A DNA stretch of 63,927 nucleotides, the filler included, from Syncephalis fuscata S228 (Eukaryota > Fungi > Zoopagomycota), in the NCBI GenBank assembly GCA_025786725.1. It is 6 parts of 6 records of this genome, joined end to end, with 100 filler letters (N's around TTAATTAATTAA, not from the genome) between each part and the next. Parts side by side here need not be neighbours in the genome. Positions count along the whole stretch, not along the records: positions 62,669 to 63,927 come from JAHLTZ010000368.1; 5 more parts are not named here. One strand, given 5' to 3'. Shown piece by piece: positions 63,668 through 63,927 of this stretch. Both the position numbers and the translations under genes were made by a program. Within the stretch, counting starts at the first letter, position 1, and every line of letters starts with the position of its first letter. The notes below the pieces were generated by a model. That model saw only the letters and a list, made by a program, of their open reading frames with translations, ran no database searches and was not told the DNA's origin.

Positions 63668-63927
63668 TTTGACTCCTACATTATGAGTTCTTAAAGTAAA
63701 ATTCGTTTAAATTAAAGTCATGTCGTTGTTATGCACAACAAACATAGTTATATTACTTATTAAAATACTGTGAATAAATTGATTTCAATAAACAATGTAA
63801 CATACTATTTGGTTTCTTTGGAATAGTTGAGACCGATCATTGTTGTTGTTGGTTATGTGTAGAAAGACTGATAGAATATTAATAAAAGCCATATCATTGT
63901 GATTCTATGTCATTTCGTCTTTGTTGG
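63668..63927 (-). mobile_element. Fanzor/TnpB 3'-end relic (copy 3, runs off the window)
   Basis: The minus strand reads MT*NHNDMAFINILSVFLHITNNNNDRSQLFQRNQ, followed by the same 3' non-coding tail as 36570-36700, ending ..AATGTAGGAGTCAAA like copy 2. Confidence 0.7.

Overview
AT-rich eukaryotic (fungal) DNA with short (mostly 50-80 nt) GT-AG introns. It is made of at least six contigs joined by artificial 100-nt N/TTAATTAATTAA/N linkers. The gene content (nicastrin, a signal-peptide-bearing kinase, Fanzor1 relics, a truncated haemoglobin) suggests an early-diverging fungus, plausibly a zoopagalean parasite such as Syncephalis; this is inference. Ordinary genes include a partial STU2/XMAP215, a DUF202 protein, CENP-O, SAP30BP/HCNGP, U1-C, antizyme (+1 frameshift), SEC24, nicastrin, mitochondrial IF3, GIR2, RCF2, NDK, LARP1 and tRNA-Arg(ACG). 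The standout is an apparent ~82-bp 'minisatellite' at 38.9-40.9 kb. It decodes on the minus strand as a 26-exon gene: a signal/pro-peptide exon, then 24 micro-exons (22 of 3 nt, 2 of 6 nt), each flanked by canonical AG/GT in phase 1, then a terminal exon. Spliced by hand these give an open 59-aa prepro-peptide ending in a 6-Cys peptide (AAKDSAGCRACLKRCMGHSGCFCDKECS*). Also notable are an inverted GPI8 duplication that is identical except for a divergent patch just after the catalytic Cys, and three Fanzor/TnpB 3'-end relics. Several genes carry single-base deletions that look like consensus errors.
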